A stretch of DNA of 64,000 nucleotides from Microcoleus sp. GTDB lineage: Bacteria > Cyanobacteriota > Cyanobacteriia > Cyanobacteriales > Microcoleaceae. Location of the stretch: positions 637,507 through 701,506 of the forward strand of contig JAYFMW010000030.1 of NCBI GenBank assembly GCA_042408215.1. The letters run 5' to 3'. Within the stretch, counting starts at the first letter, position 1, and every line of letters begins with the position of its first letter. Made by a program: the position numbers and the translations under genes. Shown piece by piece: positions 41,566 to 53,043 of this stretch. The notes under the pieces are model-generated. The model was not told the origin of the DNA and did no database searches. It saw only the letters and a list, made by a program, of their open reading frames with translations.

Positions 41566-43395
41566 ATGATGCAACGAGAATTTTTTGGTAACTCTGGATT
41601 TCGCTCTTTTGACAAAACCCTAGGGGAAACTCCTAAGAAAGAGTCGCGTCCGATACACCGGGCGATCGTGTTGATATTGATATCAACTGGCTTGCTGAGT
41701 CTGCACGTCAGTCGGCTGGTGCAATTGCAATTGGTGGATGGGAAGCAAAACCGCGAACGAGCGGAGAACAATCGGGTTCGCCAAGTGCCAATGCCTGCGA
41801 ATCGCGGACACATTATCGATCGCAAAGGTCAACTGCTAGCTGGGAACAATTTAGCTCGATCGGTATACTTGTGGCCGAAAGAACAAACGCCACAACAGTG
41901 GAAAGTCACAGCAGACAAATTGAGTCCGCTCTTGAAAATCCCTGCTCAGGAAATTTTAGGAAAATTAAAACAGGTCGATCCTCTATCCTATAGACCGGTG
42001 CGGCTCAGACAAGCAATGCCGCCAGAGGTGTTTGTGCCACTAGCAGAACAGGTGGGACAAATGCGGGGAGTGGAAGTGCGGCCCGAAGCGAACCGCTACT
42101 ATCCCGAAGGTAGTTTGGCTGCTCATGTTCTCGGATATATTGGCGAAGCTACCCAAGCAGACCTCAAAGCTCATCCAGAATATCCGATGGGGATGATTGT
42201 GGGTCAAATGGGCATAGAAGCGAGTTCTAACAGCAAGATTGCGGGCATTTGGGGCGATCGACTGATCGAGGTGAATGCCCAAAATCAAGAATTGCGGATG
42301 ATGGGAGAGACACCTCCGAAACCCGGTGAAACCGTGCAGCTAACTATAGACTTGGAGATGCAAAAAGCAGCCGAAAAGGCCCTGGGAAATCGGCGGGGGG
42401 CAGTAGTGGCCTTGGACGTGAAAACCGGCGGGGTATTAGTTTTAGCCAGCCACCCCACTTTTGACCCCAATCTGTTTACGCGAAAAATCACAAAGGAGGA
42501 GTGGGAAACTCTTCAAGACGCCGAAAATCCCTTTTTGAATCGGGCTATGCAAGGCTATCCCCCCGGCAGCACTTTTAAAATTGTGACTTCCGTCGCTGCT
42601 ATGGAATCGGGCAAGTTTTCGCCAGACTCAATTGTAGGTACTTCGTCTTACATTACTGTGGGGGGAATTAATTTTAACGAACACAGTGGCGGTTACGGCG
42701 ACATCGGCTTTCGGGATGCTTTGGCTTTCAGCAGCAATACGTTCTTTTATCAAGTGGGGATGAGTGCTGGGCCGGAGCAAATTTCTAAGTGGGGACACCG
42801 CTTGGGAATTGGCAAGGATACGGATTTGAAGCTTTTGGGACTGGGCGGTGGGGATCACGGTCAAATCCCGACGCCAGAGGAGAAGGAGAAAATCTATAAG
42901 GAACCTTGGTATGTGGGGGATACGGTGACGACGGCCATCGGCCAGGGTTTGGTGTTGGTGACTCCTTTGGAGGCGGCGGTGATGGTGAGTTCGATCGCCA
43001 ATGGTGGTAATCGGGTGAAGCCCCATCTTTTGGCTTCGATGACTGGCAAACCTGAGATGAAACCGGTGCCTACGGGGATGAAACCTGGGACGGTTGAGGT
43101 GATTAAGGAGGGACTCGTAGCGGTGGTTACCGAGGGTACGGGACGGGGACTCAATGACGGTTCGATTCCGCTGACTGGGGGCAAAACTGGGACTTCGGAG
43201 GTCATCGGACAGCGGGATCACTCACTGTATGTGGCGTTCGGGCCTGCGGATCGGCCGGAAATTGCGATCGCCGTGATTGTGGAAAATGGCGGTTTTGGTT
43301 CTATGGCCGCGGCCCCGATCGCCAAAGAGGTGTTTCAAGCCTATTTTGGTAAACCACCTAAAAAGGTGGATGAGTCAGTAGAGATTAGTCCTTAG
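41566..43395 (+). CDS. mrdA: Penicillin-binding protein 2
   Basis: RGHIIDRKG, PPGSTFK (SxxK), SSN and KTGT motifs. Confidence 0.92.
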   Translation: MMQREFFGNSGFRSFDKTLGETPKKESRPIHRAIVLILISTGLLSLHVSRLVQLQLVDGKQNRERAENNRVRQVPMPANRGHIIDRKGQLLAGNNLARSVYLWPKEQTPQQWKVTADKLSPLLKIPAQEILGKLKQVDPLSYRPVRLRQAMPPEVFVPLAEQVGQMRGVEVRPEANRYYPEGSLAAHVLGYIGEATQADLKAHPEYPMGMIVGQMGIEASSNSKIAGIWGDRLIEVNAQNQELRMMGETPPKPGETVQLTIDLEMQKAAEKALGNRRGAVVALDVKTGGVLVLASHPTFDPNLFTRKITKEEWETLQDAENPFLNRAMQGYPPGSTFKIVTSVAAMESGKFSPDSIVGTSSYITVGGINFNEHSGGYGDIGFRDALAFSSNTFFYQVGMSAGPEQISKWGHRLGIGKDTDLKLLGLGGGDHGQIPTPEEKEKIYKEPWYVGDTVTTAIGQGLVLVTPLEAAVMVSSIANGGNRVKPHLLASMTGKPEMKPVPTGMKPGTVEVIKEGLVAVVTEGTGRGLNDGSIPLTGGKTGTSEVIGQRDHSLYVAFGPADRPEIAIAVIVENGGFGSMAAAPIAKEVFQAYFGKPPKKVDESVEISP

Positions 43396-43541
43396 TCAGT
43401 AGTCCTTAGTCCTTAGTCCTTAGTCCTTAGTTATTGGGAATTCGGAATTGGGAATTCGGCATAGTTTCTTGTTTTTCCTTCTTCCTTTTTCCTTCTGAAC
43501 TACTGACTAATGACTACTGACTAATGACTACTGACTAATGA

Positions 43542-45275
43542 CTAATTCAATCGCATAAATATTGTGGCTTTGCGAATTCCTGCTGTTTCTCCGGTAGTGG
43601 TGATGGTTAGCGATCGCAAATGGTCGAACAATGGCCTTGCCGAAAGTTCAATTAACCGCAACAGCGGGATTTTTTTTTCCCAAATGGCTCTGCTGGAGGG
43701 CCAATCTAAATAAAAATAGCCGTCGTTAGATGTCGGTAGCGGTTCGATGCTAGTTTGAAAGTCTTGATTTGCCACCAAAGAGCCTGTTTCGGCCGCTTTG
43801 AGTGCTTCGTCCATTGCTTCTACTGAGGTGGTAAAAATTTCGTATTTACCAACAGTAGCTCGGACTCCTTTTGCTTCGGTTTCGATCGCACTTTTCCTCT
43901 TATTTTCCTTACCATAATTCGGGTGAGTTGTCAACTGCGTCCAAGCGGTAATTTTTTGGTTTCTGAGAGTGAAACTGCCGATGCTGTATTCTTTGCTGCG
44001 GGCAATTTCGTCAAGTTTGTCGATCGCCCTTTGAGAATCAGCAGATGTTTCGGCGGCAAAAATCCAATCGCTACTATTAGACGCACCGGGAAGCACAGCT
44101 AAAGCATATTCTCCTTTTACCCAGTTAAATATATCCTGTGGTAAGTTGATGCCCCAAGCTTGCTGAAGATCTGCGATCGTGCGAGCGACTAATTTTGACA
44201 CTTCTGCATTGGTAGCAATAGCAGATGAAAATTCAGTCCAAAAATTGTTTAAACTGGTGCTGGCGACCGCAAAAGGGCTAGCTGAGGGGATGTATTGCAA
44301 GGCTTGTACAGGTGCGGACAGTGCGGGAATTGTTGTTTTTTCGCGATCGCTCACTAAAGCAGTTTGAGCGACTAATCCCCGTCTATTTACTCCGACAGCA
44401 ACTGCTAGAGAATTCAGGGAAAGTTGCGGATTTTTCTCTGTTTCTGGCTGGGGGAGATTTACAAATGCTAAGGCTATTCTCCCTTGAGTTAGCTGCTGCA
44501 ACGCTTTTTGATATTCGGGAGTATTGTTGAGATTTAGGTTAGCTGCTTCGACGCGATCAATTGCATCTCTGAGCACCTTCGGATTATTGGCAAATAAAAC
44601 AAAACTGCGGTTATTTTCCGAAGTTGAACTGCTGCTGATTAATGCAGTAGCGAAGCTTGATGGTAAACTGGAACTTGGCAGAGCAAGCCGATTGAACGGT
44701 GAGATAAAATCCGACTCTTTCTTGACTGTGGGTAATTCTTTGTAACTTAGTTTGATGCCTTTATATTGTTCAAACTGTACTGTTTTAGTAGCCAGAGATT
44801 GTTTTTTCCAGTAGGATTCGAGAAATTGCTGGCTGCGATCGACATTTTGGGAGGAAACCGCTAGCAGAAACCCGGTTTGCTTACCGTTGTTGCTGTCGCG
44901 ATCGAAATCCGGCGCAGTGATAGCGAAGGTAATTTCGTCATCGATCCAAGGTTCGATATCTCGACTGTAATCCAAGCCAGTATTGGCGAGGAGGCTTTTT
45001 TTGATTTGTTCAAATTCCGCGTGCGATCGACTTCTTTCTGCGGGAGTAGCAAAAACTTGTCGTAGGGATTCGAGGCGATCGGGATTTACCAGCATGGATG
45101 CTAAAAAAGGTGCTTGTTTCGAGACAAACACAGCCGCAGCGGGATTAATTGTGGGCCCGCCGGCGAGTAAGTTGAGGGGAGTTTGAGTTGTCAGCCAGTA
45201 AAAACCGCCTGTACTCATGGCTAAAAGCGCCAATACACCGGCAATTAGGAAATAGAAGAACGATCGCAACTTCAT
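43542..45275 (-). CDS. DUF3352-like protein
   Basis: AAVFVSKQAP and LDYSRDIEPW motifs; N-terminal TM helix. Confidence 0.7.
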   Translation of the reverse strand: MKLRSFFYFLIAGVLALLAMSTGGFYWLTTQTPLNLLAGGPTINPAAAVFVSKQAPFLASMLVNPDRLESLRQVFATPAERSRSHAEFEQIKKSLLANTGLDYSRDIEPWIDDEITFAITAPDFDRDSNNGKQTGFLLAVSSQNVDRSQQFLESYWKKQSLATKTVQFEQYKGIKLSYKELPTVKKESDFISPFNRLALPSSSLPSSFATALISSSSTSENNRSFVLFANNPKVLRDAIDRVEAANLNLNNTPEYQKALQQLTQGRIALAFVNLPQPETEKNPQLSLNSLAVAVGVNRRGLVAQTALVSDREKTTIPALSAPVQALQYIPSASPFAVASTSLNNFWTEFSSAIATNAEVSKLVARTIADLQQAWGINLPQDIFNWVKGEYALAVLPGASNSSDWIFAAETSADSQRAIDKLDEIARSKEYSIGSFTLRNQKITAWTQLTTHPNYGKENKRKSAIETEAKGVRATVGKYEIFTTSVEAMDEALKAAETGSLVANQDFQTSIEPLPTSNDGYFYLDWPSSRAIWEKKIPLLRLIELSARPLFDHLRSLTITTTGETAGIRKATIFMRLN

Positions 45276-45365
45276 CGGCTAAGGACAAATTACCACAGTC
45301 TATGATTATACACCCAGATACCCGACTTCTTAAATAAGTCAGGTATCTAGCCACATTATTAACTT

Positions 45366-46475
45366 TTAAGTCGATCGCTCTGACAATCTCGCCATCAGAT
45401 CTTCCAGCGATAATTGAGGCAATTCTGACAGCAGCAATGATAAGTTTTCTGGAGATAACGCCAGCAAATCTGGAATCAGATTAACCGGGCGTTGTTCAAC
45501 TTGTGCTGATGCACTGAAGCGGTTGCTCAAAACACTTTCAGCCAGCAAAATTTGCACTTGTTGCGGATCGATTTGGGCGATCGGCAACATAGACAATTGC
45601 ACTAACAACATCGTAAACTCTGCCGTAGGTAGAGCAGATATAGGGCGCAAAAAGGTGAGAGTTAGGGGGTCTAACTCCCCAAATCTGACCTGCAAGAAGC
45701 TCTCCAAAATCAACCGCTGTCCCTCTTCCCTTCCTTCTTCCCTTCCTTGTTGTTGTGCTTCTTGTAAATGTTGTTGAAAAAGGGGTACGATCGCCATAAC
45801 TAACTCCTGATCTTCATCATCCCCTGGGGGATTAGTTGGTGTATTCGCCTGCAAATTTGCTTGCAAGTTGTAAAGTAATTGTAGCGCATTAGCCCGGAGC
45901 GAATCATCAAGAGGCAATGCAGTTAATTCCGCGATCGCCCCTTGCTGGACCCTACCCCTACCCAGCATCCGCAACCACATAGTTTCTGGAGTCCTCGGTA
46001 GCTGATGAATGGCGATTAACCCAACTCTCCAAACCTCCGATAAAAAATAAACTCCCCTCCCCCAGCCCTGAGACTCTTCAGGAGTCCGAAAACCAAAACT
46101 ATTTAATAAAGCCTCCGAAGCAGTAGGAGTCAGAATCCACAACCTCGGTAATTGTCTTTCCTCCAAACACTGATCTTCTCGATTAGCCCGCCGCTCCAAT
46201 TCGGCCCTACTATTTAATAATTTAACCACACAACTAAAAATGCCCTCAGCATTGACAGGATTGCGAAACGGTTCAATTATCGCCGCAGTCGCAGCCATTT
46301 TACCTAACAAACCCAAACTTTGTATGTATTCCCCCTCAAAAGAAGTAGGTTGAAACCAGATATCAATTTCTCTAACTTCAGCGGTGACATCTTTACTCGT
46401 TTCTACCTCTCCGAGGGGCGATAATAACTCTTGAAGATATTCTTTAGCAAACCGATCGTGGGGAAACTTAGTCAT
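45366..46475 (-). CDS. Rpn-like/PD-(D/E)XK cyanobacterial hypothetical protein
   Basis: HDRFAKEYL, EIDIWF, EPFRN, and QGREEGREEG repeats. Confidence 0.65.
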   Translation of the reverse strand: MTKFPHDRFAKEYLQELLSPLGEVETSKDVTAEVREIDIWFQPTSFEGEYIQSLGLLGKMAATAAIIEPFRNPVNAEGIFSCVVKLLNSRAELERRANREDQCLEERQLPRLWILTPTASEALLNSFGFRTPEESQGWGRGVYFLSEVWRVGLIAIHQLPRTPETMWLRMLGRGRVQQGAIAELTALPLDDSLRANALQLLYNLQANLQANTPTNPPGDDEDQELVMAIVPLFQQHLQEAQQQGREEGREEGQRLILESFLQVRFGELDPLTLTFLRPISALPTAEFTMLLVQLSMLPIAQIDPQQVQILLAESVLSNRFSASAQVEQRPVNLIPDLLALSPENLSLLLSELPQLSLEDLMARLSERST

Positions 46476-46647
46476 CCGATTTTGGATTTTAGATTTTGGA
46501 TTTTAGATTTTGGATTTTAGATTTTGAATTTTAAAAGTATAGCAATCGCCAAGATGCTTGAAAAATTCTCAACGACCAAAACGATTGATTTTATTCCAAA
46601 CATCCGTTAAATCCGTTACATAATCCGTTGCCGAACTTTCTGCTGCT

Positions 46648-47253
46648 TTACCAATCGCAACCTCGCGCATCCGAAAAATCAGCATTTAGCATAGCAGCCT
46701 CCTCAAATATAGCATCAGTCACATCCGCTTTTCTAAAGGATGTCACCGACAATTTTTCGATCTCTTCAACAGCTATAAAAAAACCGATCGCAGTCAAGCC
46801 AAGCATTACCCCAGAAACCAAAACTAACACAATTCCCCTAATGGTATCTCCCCCCAAAAAAGTCACAATCCCGCTAGCGCCGATCGCAGCAGCAGCCCCA
46901 GCCACAGCCCCAGCCACAATTCCCGCGTCAGCCCTAGTCGTAGCAATCGCAGTAGCAGCCACCGCCGCCACCGCCGCCGCACCCGCATCCGCACCCCGAA
47001 TCAATCCCATCAAAGCCCCAGCCATCGTCACCGCCACCGCAGTCACCCCAGCCCTAGCAATCAAAGTTCTCACCCGTCTCCGGCTTTCTCCCATGCGAGC
47101 ACCCTGAAAATTTGCCCCCGTCAAAATCGCCCCGGCGAAATTGCAGCCTCGAATGTCGGAACCGCTGAAATTCGCCCCTGACAAATCCAGCCCTTTAAAA
47201 GAGCGATTTCGCAAGTCTTGGTTAGAAAAATTGAGATTTCGAGATTCAGTCAT
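46648..47253 (-). CDS. Pentapeptide repeat membrane protein
   Basis: NFSNQDLRNRSF, pentapeptide repeats and Ala/Gly-rich TM segments. Confidence 0.75.
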   Translation of the reverse strand: MTESRNLNFSNQDLRNRSFKGLDLSGANFSGSDIRGCNFAGAILTGANFQGARMGESRRRVRTLIARAGVTAVAVTMAGALMGLIRGADAGAAAVAAVAATAIATTRADAGIVAGAVAGAAAAIGASGIVTFLGGDTIRGIVLVLVSGVMLGLTAIGFFIAVEEIEKLSVTSFRKADVTDAIFEEAAMLNADFSDARGCDW

Positions 47254-47478
47254 AGCGATTTTAGATTTTAGATTTTAGATTTTAGATTAACCCACAAAAT
47301 AATACCATTCCCACCATCCCGTAGGGGCGGGTTCGCCCAAAACTTCAAAGAATACAGACAATTCAAATAAACCCGCCCCCACCCACAAAAAATCTCCCAA
47401 AATTGACAATAGTGCCAGATTTGAGATTATCAAACCAAAGCCATTTAAAATAAAGCCTGTGGTTTATACCGAGTTTCC

Positions 47479-50092
47479 ATGTCTCCCATCTCCGAATCCC
47501 CATTTTCCCCTGAAGAAATCGCCTCCGAAGGCATTAAGCCTCAAGAATACGAAGACATTGTACGGCGTCTCAACCGCCATCCCAACAAAGCAGAATTGGG
47601 AATGTTCGGCGTCATGTGGAGCGAACACTGCTGTTACAAAAATTCGCGGCCGCTATTAAAACAGTTTCCCACAGAGGGCGATCGCATCCTCGTCGGCCCC
47701 GGAGAAAATGCCGGCGTTATAGACTTGGGAAACGGATTGCAATTAGCCTTCAAAATCGAATCCCACAATCACCCGTCAGCAGTCGAACCTTTCCAAGGTG
47801 CCGCAACTGGAGTCGGTGGAATTCTCCGCGATATCTTCACAATGGGAGCACGCCCGATCGCACTTTTGAATTCCCTACGTTTCGGAAACCTAGACGATGC
47901 GAAAACTCAGAGATTATTCAAAGGAGTAGTATCGGGAATTTCCCATTATGGAAATTGCATCGGCGTGCCCACAGTCGGCGGCGAAGTGTACTTCGATCCA
48001 GCCTATGCCGGCAACCCATTAGTTAACGTCATGGCCTTGGGTTTAATGGAAACCCAAGAAATAGTTAAATCCGGCGCTTCCGGCATCGGAAATCCCGTGC
48101 TTTACGTCGGTTCTACCACCGGGCGAGATGGCATGGGCGGCGCAAGTTTTGCCAGTGCAGAATTGACCGACAAATCAATGGACGATCGTCCCGCAGTGCA
48201 AGTAGGAGATCCGTTCTTAGAAAAATCCTTAATTGAAGCTTGTTTAGAAGCATTCAAAACCGGTGCAGTCGTCGCAGCGCAAGATATGGGTGCAGCCGGC
48301 ATCACCTGTTCCACATCAGAAATGGCCGCCAAAGGAGGAGTCGGAATTGAGTTTGATTTAGACAAAGTTCCCGTGCGAGAAAGCGGCATGATTCCCTACG
48401 AATACCTGCTTTCAGAATCCCAGGAACGGATGTTATTTGTGGCAGAGAAAGGACGGGAACAGGAATTAATCGATATTTTTCATCGCTGGGGATTGCAGGC
48501 GGTAGTAGCGGGGACAGTGATTGAAGAGCCGATCGTCCGCATTCTCTTTAAAGGTGAAATTGCAGCCGAAATTACCGCCACGGCTTTAGCAGATAATACG
48601 CCAATTTATCACCGAGAACTGTTGACAGAACCGCCAGAATATGCTATAAAAGCTTGGGAATGGAAGGCGGATTCCTTGCCGGAATGTACAGTTGCAGGCA
48701 TCGAAATTGATGGGAATTTGCAAAGTTGGAATCAGATTTTGCTGCAACTTTTAGATACTCCCACCATCGCTTCTAAACGCTGGGTTTATCGTCAATACGA
48801 CCATCAAGTGCAAAATAATACAGTTGTTTTGCCGGGAGGTGCTGATGCTGCGGTTGTTCGATTGCGGCCGCTGGAACCGTGTCAAGAAGAACCCCCCCAA
48901 CCCAGGGCGGGCACGGGGGCACCGCCCCTACAGGGGGGGCTACAAGAGAAAGAATCCGCCCTTGGTCACAGCCGCGCTTCAAGAGGAAGCAGAGGCTATC
49001 CCCTTATTTAAAAAGGCACAAGGAAGAGAAACTGCCGAATTTTCTCCCCCCCTTGTAGGGGCGGTGCCCCCGTGCCCGCCCTCGCCGGGGGGGGTTATTC
49101 CCGGAGTTGCGGCGACGGTTGATTGCAATTCCCGCTACGTTTATCTCGATCCTTACGAAGGTGCAAAAGCAGTCGTAGCGGAAGCAGCCAGAAACTTAAG
49201 TTGTGTGGGTGCGGAACCGATCGCAGTTACGGACAATCTCAATTTTGGCAGTCCCGAAAAGCCGATCGGATATTGGCAGTTAGCATCAGCTTGTCGCGGG
49301 ATTGCTGATGCTTGTCGGGAGTTGAAAACACCTGTGACTGGCGGGAATGTTTCTCTGTACAATGAAACCATAGATTCTGATGGTAATCCGCAACCGATTT
49401 ATCCAACTCCGGTAATCGGAATGGTGGGATTAATTCCAGATTTAACGAAGATTTGCGGTCAAGGTTGGCAAAAGAAAGGGGATCTAATTTATGTGTTGGG
49501 AATTGGGCGGCACGACACGGATGATGACACGGATACACGGATGGATTTGGGTGAGTCTTCGTTATCTGAAAGCTTGAAATTCAAAAGTTATCCTACTTTG
49601 GGAGGTTCGGAATATTTATCGGCAATTCACGGGATTGTAGCGGGGAAACCGCCAACTATCAATTTTGAATTGGAAAGGAAAGTGCAAGCGGTTTGTCGCG
49701 ATGGAATTCGCAGTGGTTGGGTTTGTTCCGCCCATGATTCTGCGGAGGGAGGAATTGCGATCGCCCTGGCGGAATCCTGTATTTCTGGTAAACTGGGTGC
49801 GGAGATTCATCTCAGTTTCAATTCAGCAAATGTCAGCCGCTGGGATGAAATTCTGTTTGGTGAAATGGGGAATTGCATTGTAGTTTCAATCGCACCGAAA
49901 AATCAAGAGAGTTGGGAATCTTACCTGCAAGAACATTTGGCTAAAATGTGGCAGAAAATCGGTGTGGTTGGGGGTGCTGATTCGCCTTTGCGGGTGGTGA
50001 GTGCGGATAATTTGGGGTTGATTGAGGTGGGGATGGTTGATATGGGCGATCGATTCTATAATGCGATCGAGCGTCGAATTGCATCTGTCTGA
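47479..50092 (+). CDS. purL: Phosphoribosylformylglycinamidine synthase subunit PurL, with REP-derived insertion and apparent +1 frameshift near 48960
   Basis: [17 protein letters not shown] and LSESQERM in 47479..49011; VTDNLNFG and GGNVSLYN in 48824..50092. Confidence 0.92.
48904..49082. repeat. GTAG-REP doublet (perfect 29-bp inverted repeat) inside purL
   Basis: 48904-48932 AGGGCGGGCACGGGGGCACCGCCCCTACA is the exact reverse complement of 49054-49082. Confidence 0.9.
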
Positions 50093-50106
50093 CAACCTGA
50101 AGTTTC

Positions 50107-50457
50107 GATCCCCCTAAATCCCCCTTAAAAAGGGGGACTTTGAGTGTTCTTGTCCCCCTTGGGGGAATTTAAATACTCTTGTCCCCCCTTGGGGAATTTA
50201 AATACTCTTGTCCCCCCCTTGGGGAATTTAAATACTCTTGTCCCCCCCTTCGGGGAATTTAAATACTCTTGTCCCCCCCTTCAGGGAATTTAAATACTCT
50301 TGTCCCCCCTTGGGGAATTTAAATACTCTTGTCCCCCCCTTCGGGGAATTTAAATACTCTTGTCCCCCCCTTCGGGGAATTTGAATACTCTTGTCCCCCC
50401 CTTCGGGGAATTTGAATACTCTTGTCCCCCCCTTCTTAAGGGGGGCTAGGGGGGATC
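50107..50457. repeat. MITE core with about nine 29-31 bp internal tandem units (TCTTGTCCCCCCTT(C)GGGGAATTTAAATAC)
   Basis: Bounded by GATCCCCCTAAATCCCCCTT and AAGGGGGGCTAGGGGGGATC, as in the 165-bp MITE. Confidence 0.85.
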
Positions 50458-50748
50458 TCCGGGTTTAAAACGGGTTTAAAAACACACCCTAGAGCCCCGA
50501 CTTCTTACAAAATTCACGACGCCTGGATGCACCCGACAGATAGAAACCGGGTTTTTTACCAAATCTGCGAGCTACAACAAGTCTTTTCGTAAAAACCCGG
50601 TTTCTGGGCCCATGTAAGTCCTCACCCGACGGATAGAAACCGGGTTTTTTACCAAATCTGCGAGCTACAACAAGTCTTTTCATAAAAAACCCGGTTGCTG
50701 GGCCCCATGTAGTCCTATATAATATAAACAGTATCATTCATAAAACAA

Positions 50749-52471
50749 ATGATTTGCTGCATCAACCCCAACTGCGAAAAGCCTGAAAACCCCGACGGGC
50801 ATACATATTGCATCGATTGTGGCGTCAAACTCGTACCAATTCTGCGAAGCCGTTTCCGCACGATCAAATTTCTTGGTCAAGGTGGCTTCGGCAGAACCTA
50901 TTTAGCAGAAGATATTGATAGACTAAATCTACCCTGTGTCGTTAAACAATTAGCACCAAATGTCCAGGGAACTTGGGCGATTAACAAAGCGGTAGAATTA
51001 TTTAAGCAAGAAGCCATACAACTGCAACAGCTAGGACAACATCCCCAAATTCCATCACTAGATGCCTATTTTGAACAAGACAACTATCTGTATCTCGTAC
51101 AACAGTTTGTCGATGGTGATAATTTATTAAAGCTTTTCCAAAATCGGGGAATTTGGCAAGAAAAGCAAGTTAAGCAACTATTACTCGAACTCTTACCTGT
51201 TCTCAAGTTTATTCACGAACAAAAAATCATTCACCGCGATATCAAGCCTGAGAATATTATGCGCCGTCGCAGCGATAATTTGTTCATGCTCATTGATTTC
51301 GGAGTTTCCAAACAGTTGTCTGGAACAGTGATGTCGAGACTGGGAACACGAATTGGTTCGGATGGTTATGCACCGCTTGAACAAATGCAAGGAGGTGAAG
51401 CTTATCCAGCCAGCGATTTATTTAGCTTGGGGGTGACGGCTTTTCATCTACTGACGGGGGTATATCCTTTTAGTTTGTGGGTGGAACATGGTTATAGTTG
51501 GACTGCAAATTGGCAGCAATATTTGAAGAGTCCTATAGACAGTGAATTGGCATTGATTTTATCTAAGTTGTTGGCAAAAGATATCGAGCAGCGCTATCAG
51601 TCAGCAGAGGAAGTTTTAAAAGATTTTCAACGTCAGTCAACGCCCAAAAATAGCATAAATTTACAAAAAATAGACTTTGAAGTGGTGACAGTTAATGCAC
51701 GGGGTAATATAACTAACCGTCAACGCCATCAAGCACAATTTATTAGTGAAAAATTAGGTAGCGGTGCAATCTTGGACATGGTAGCAATTCCAGGTGGCAG
51801 TTTCGTGATGGGTTCCCCCAGTACGGAAACAGGACGAGTAGCGATGAAGGGCCGCAGCATACTGTGAATATCTCTCCTTTTTTTATGGGTAAATATGAAG
51901 TCACTCAAGCACAATACCAAGCGGTGATGGGAAATAACCCATCTCATTTCAAAGGTGCAAGACAACGTCCAGTAGAACAATGTCAATTGGGATGAGGCTG
52001 TGGAATTCTGCCGCAAACTTACTCAAAAAACAGGCAAGAGTTATCGTTTACCATCGGAAGCCGAATGGGAATATGCTTGTCGCGCCGGAACTACAACGCC
52101 TTTCTATTTTGGCGAGACAATTACGCCGGATTTAGTTAATTATAGCGGCAATAATCCCTACGGTGCTGCACCAAACGGGACTTTACCGCAAACAAACAAC
52201 GGATGTGGGGAGTTTTCCGCCGAATGCGTTTGGTTTATACGATATGCACGGCAATGTTTGGGAATGGTGCAGCGATAAATGGCATGATAACTACAATGGC
52301 GCACCGACTGACGGAAGTTCTTGGGAAACTGGAACAGATAATAACCGAGTGCGGCGTGGTGGTGCCTGGTACAGCGGTGCGGTCTATTGCCGTGGTGCCA
52401 ATCGTAGCTACCTCTCGGCGGACAGCAGGTGGTGGAACTTCGGTTTTCGCGTTGCTCTGGTTTCCGCGTAG
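50749..52471 (+). pseudogene. Ser/Thr protein kinase (N-terminal Zn ribbon) fused to an FGE-sulfatase/CLec domain; several apparent frameshifts at 51835-52180
   Basis: GQGGFG, HRDIKPEN and [31 protein letters not shown] and GFRV in successive frames. Confidence 0.85.
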
Positions 52472-52534
52472 TCTCCGGTTTTTGGTTCTGTGCTGTTGTC
52501 TCCCCGCGAGGACTCTTCTCTGCTCTCTAGCCTC

Positions 52535-53043
52535 ATTAAAGAAACCGGGTTTTTACTTCAATCTAATGTGTGAATTCAATATTTTGATAAAAACCCGGTT
52601 TCTGGTTTTGGCGCGGGATTAAAGAAACCGGGTTTTTACTTCAATCTAAGGTTTGAATTAAATATTTTGGATAAAAACCCGGTTTCTGGTTTTGGCGCGG
52701 GGATTAAAGAAACCGGGTTTTTACTTCAATCTAAGGTTTGAATTAAATATTTTGGGAAAAAACCCGGTTTCTGATTCTCGCACGGGGATTAAAGAAACCG
52801 GGTTTTTACTTCAATCTAAGGTTTGAATTAAATATTTTGGGAAAAACCCGGTTTCTGATTCTCGCACGGGGTTAAAGAAACCGGGTTTTTACCGAGATTA
52901 AAGATGGGAATTAAATATTTTGGCAAAAACCCGGTTTCTGATTCTCGCGCGGGGGTTAAAGAAACCGGGTTTTTTACCGAGATTAAAGATGGGAATTAAA
53001 TATTTTGGCAAAAACCCGGTTTCTGATTCTCGCGCGGGGGTTA
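52535..53043. repeat. About six ~85-bp tandem hairpin units (GAAACCGGGTTT...AAACCCGGTTTC)
   Basis: Direct inspection. Confidence 0.9.

Noticed and set aside
48880..49105. Intein or self-splicing intron in purL
   Set aside because: No Cys/Ser...His-Asn intein termini or group I/II features; explained by a REP doublet.
52535..53043. CRISPR array (also 61072-61620 and 50148-50440)
   Set aside because: Whole units repeat with no unique spacers.
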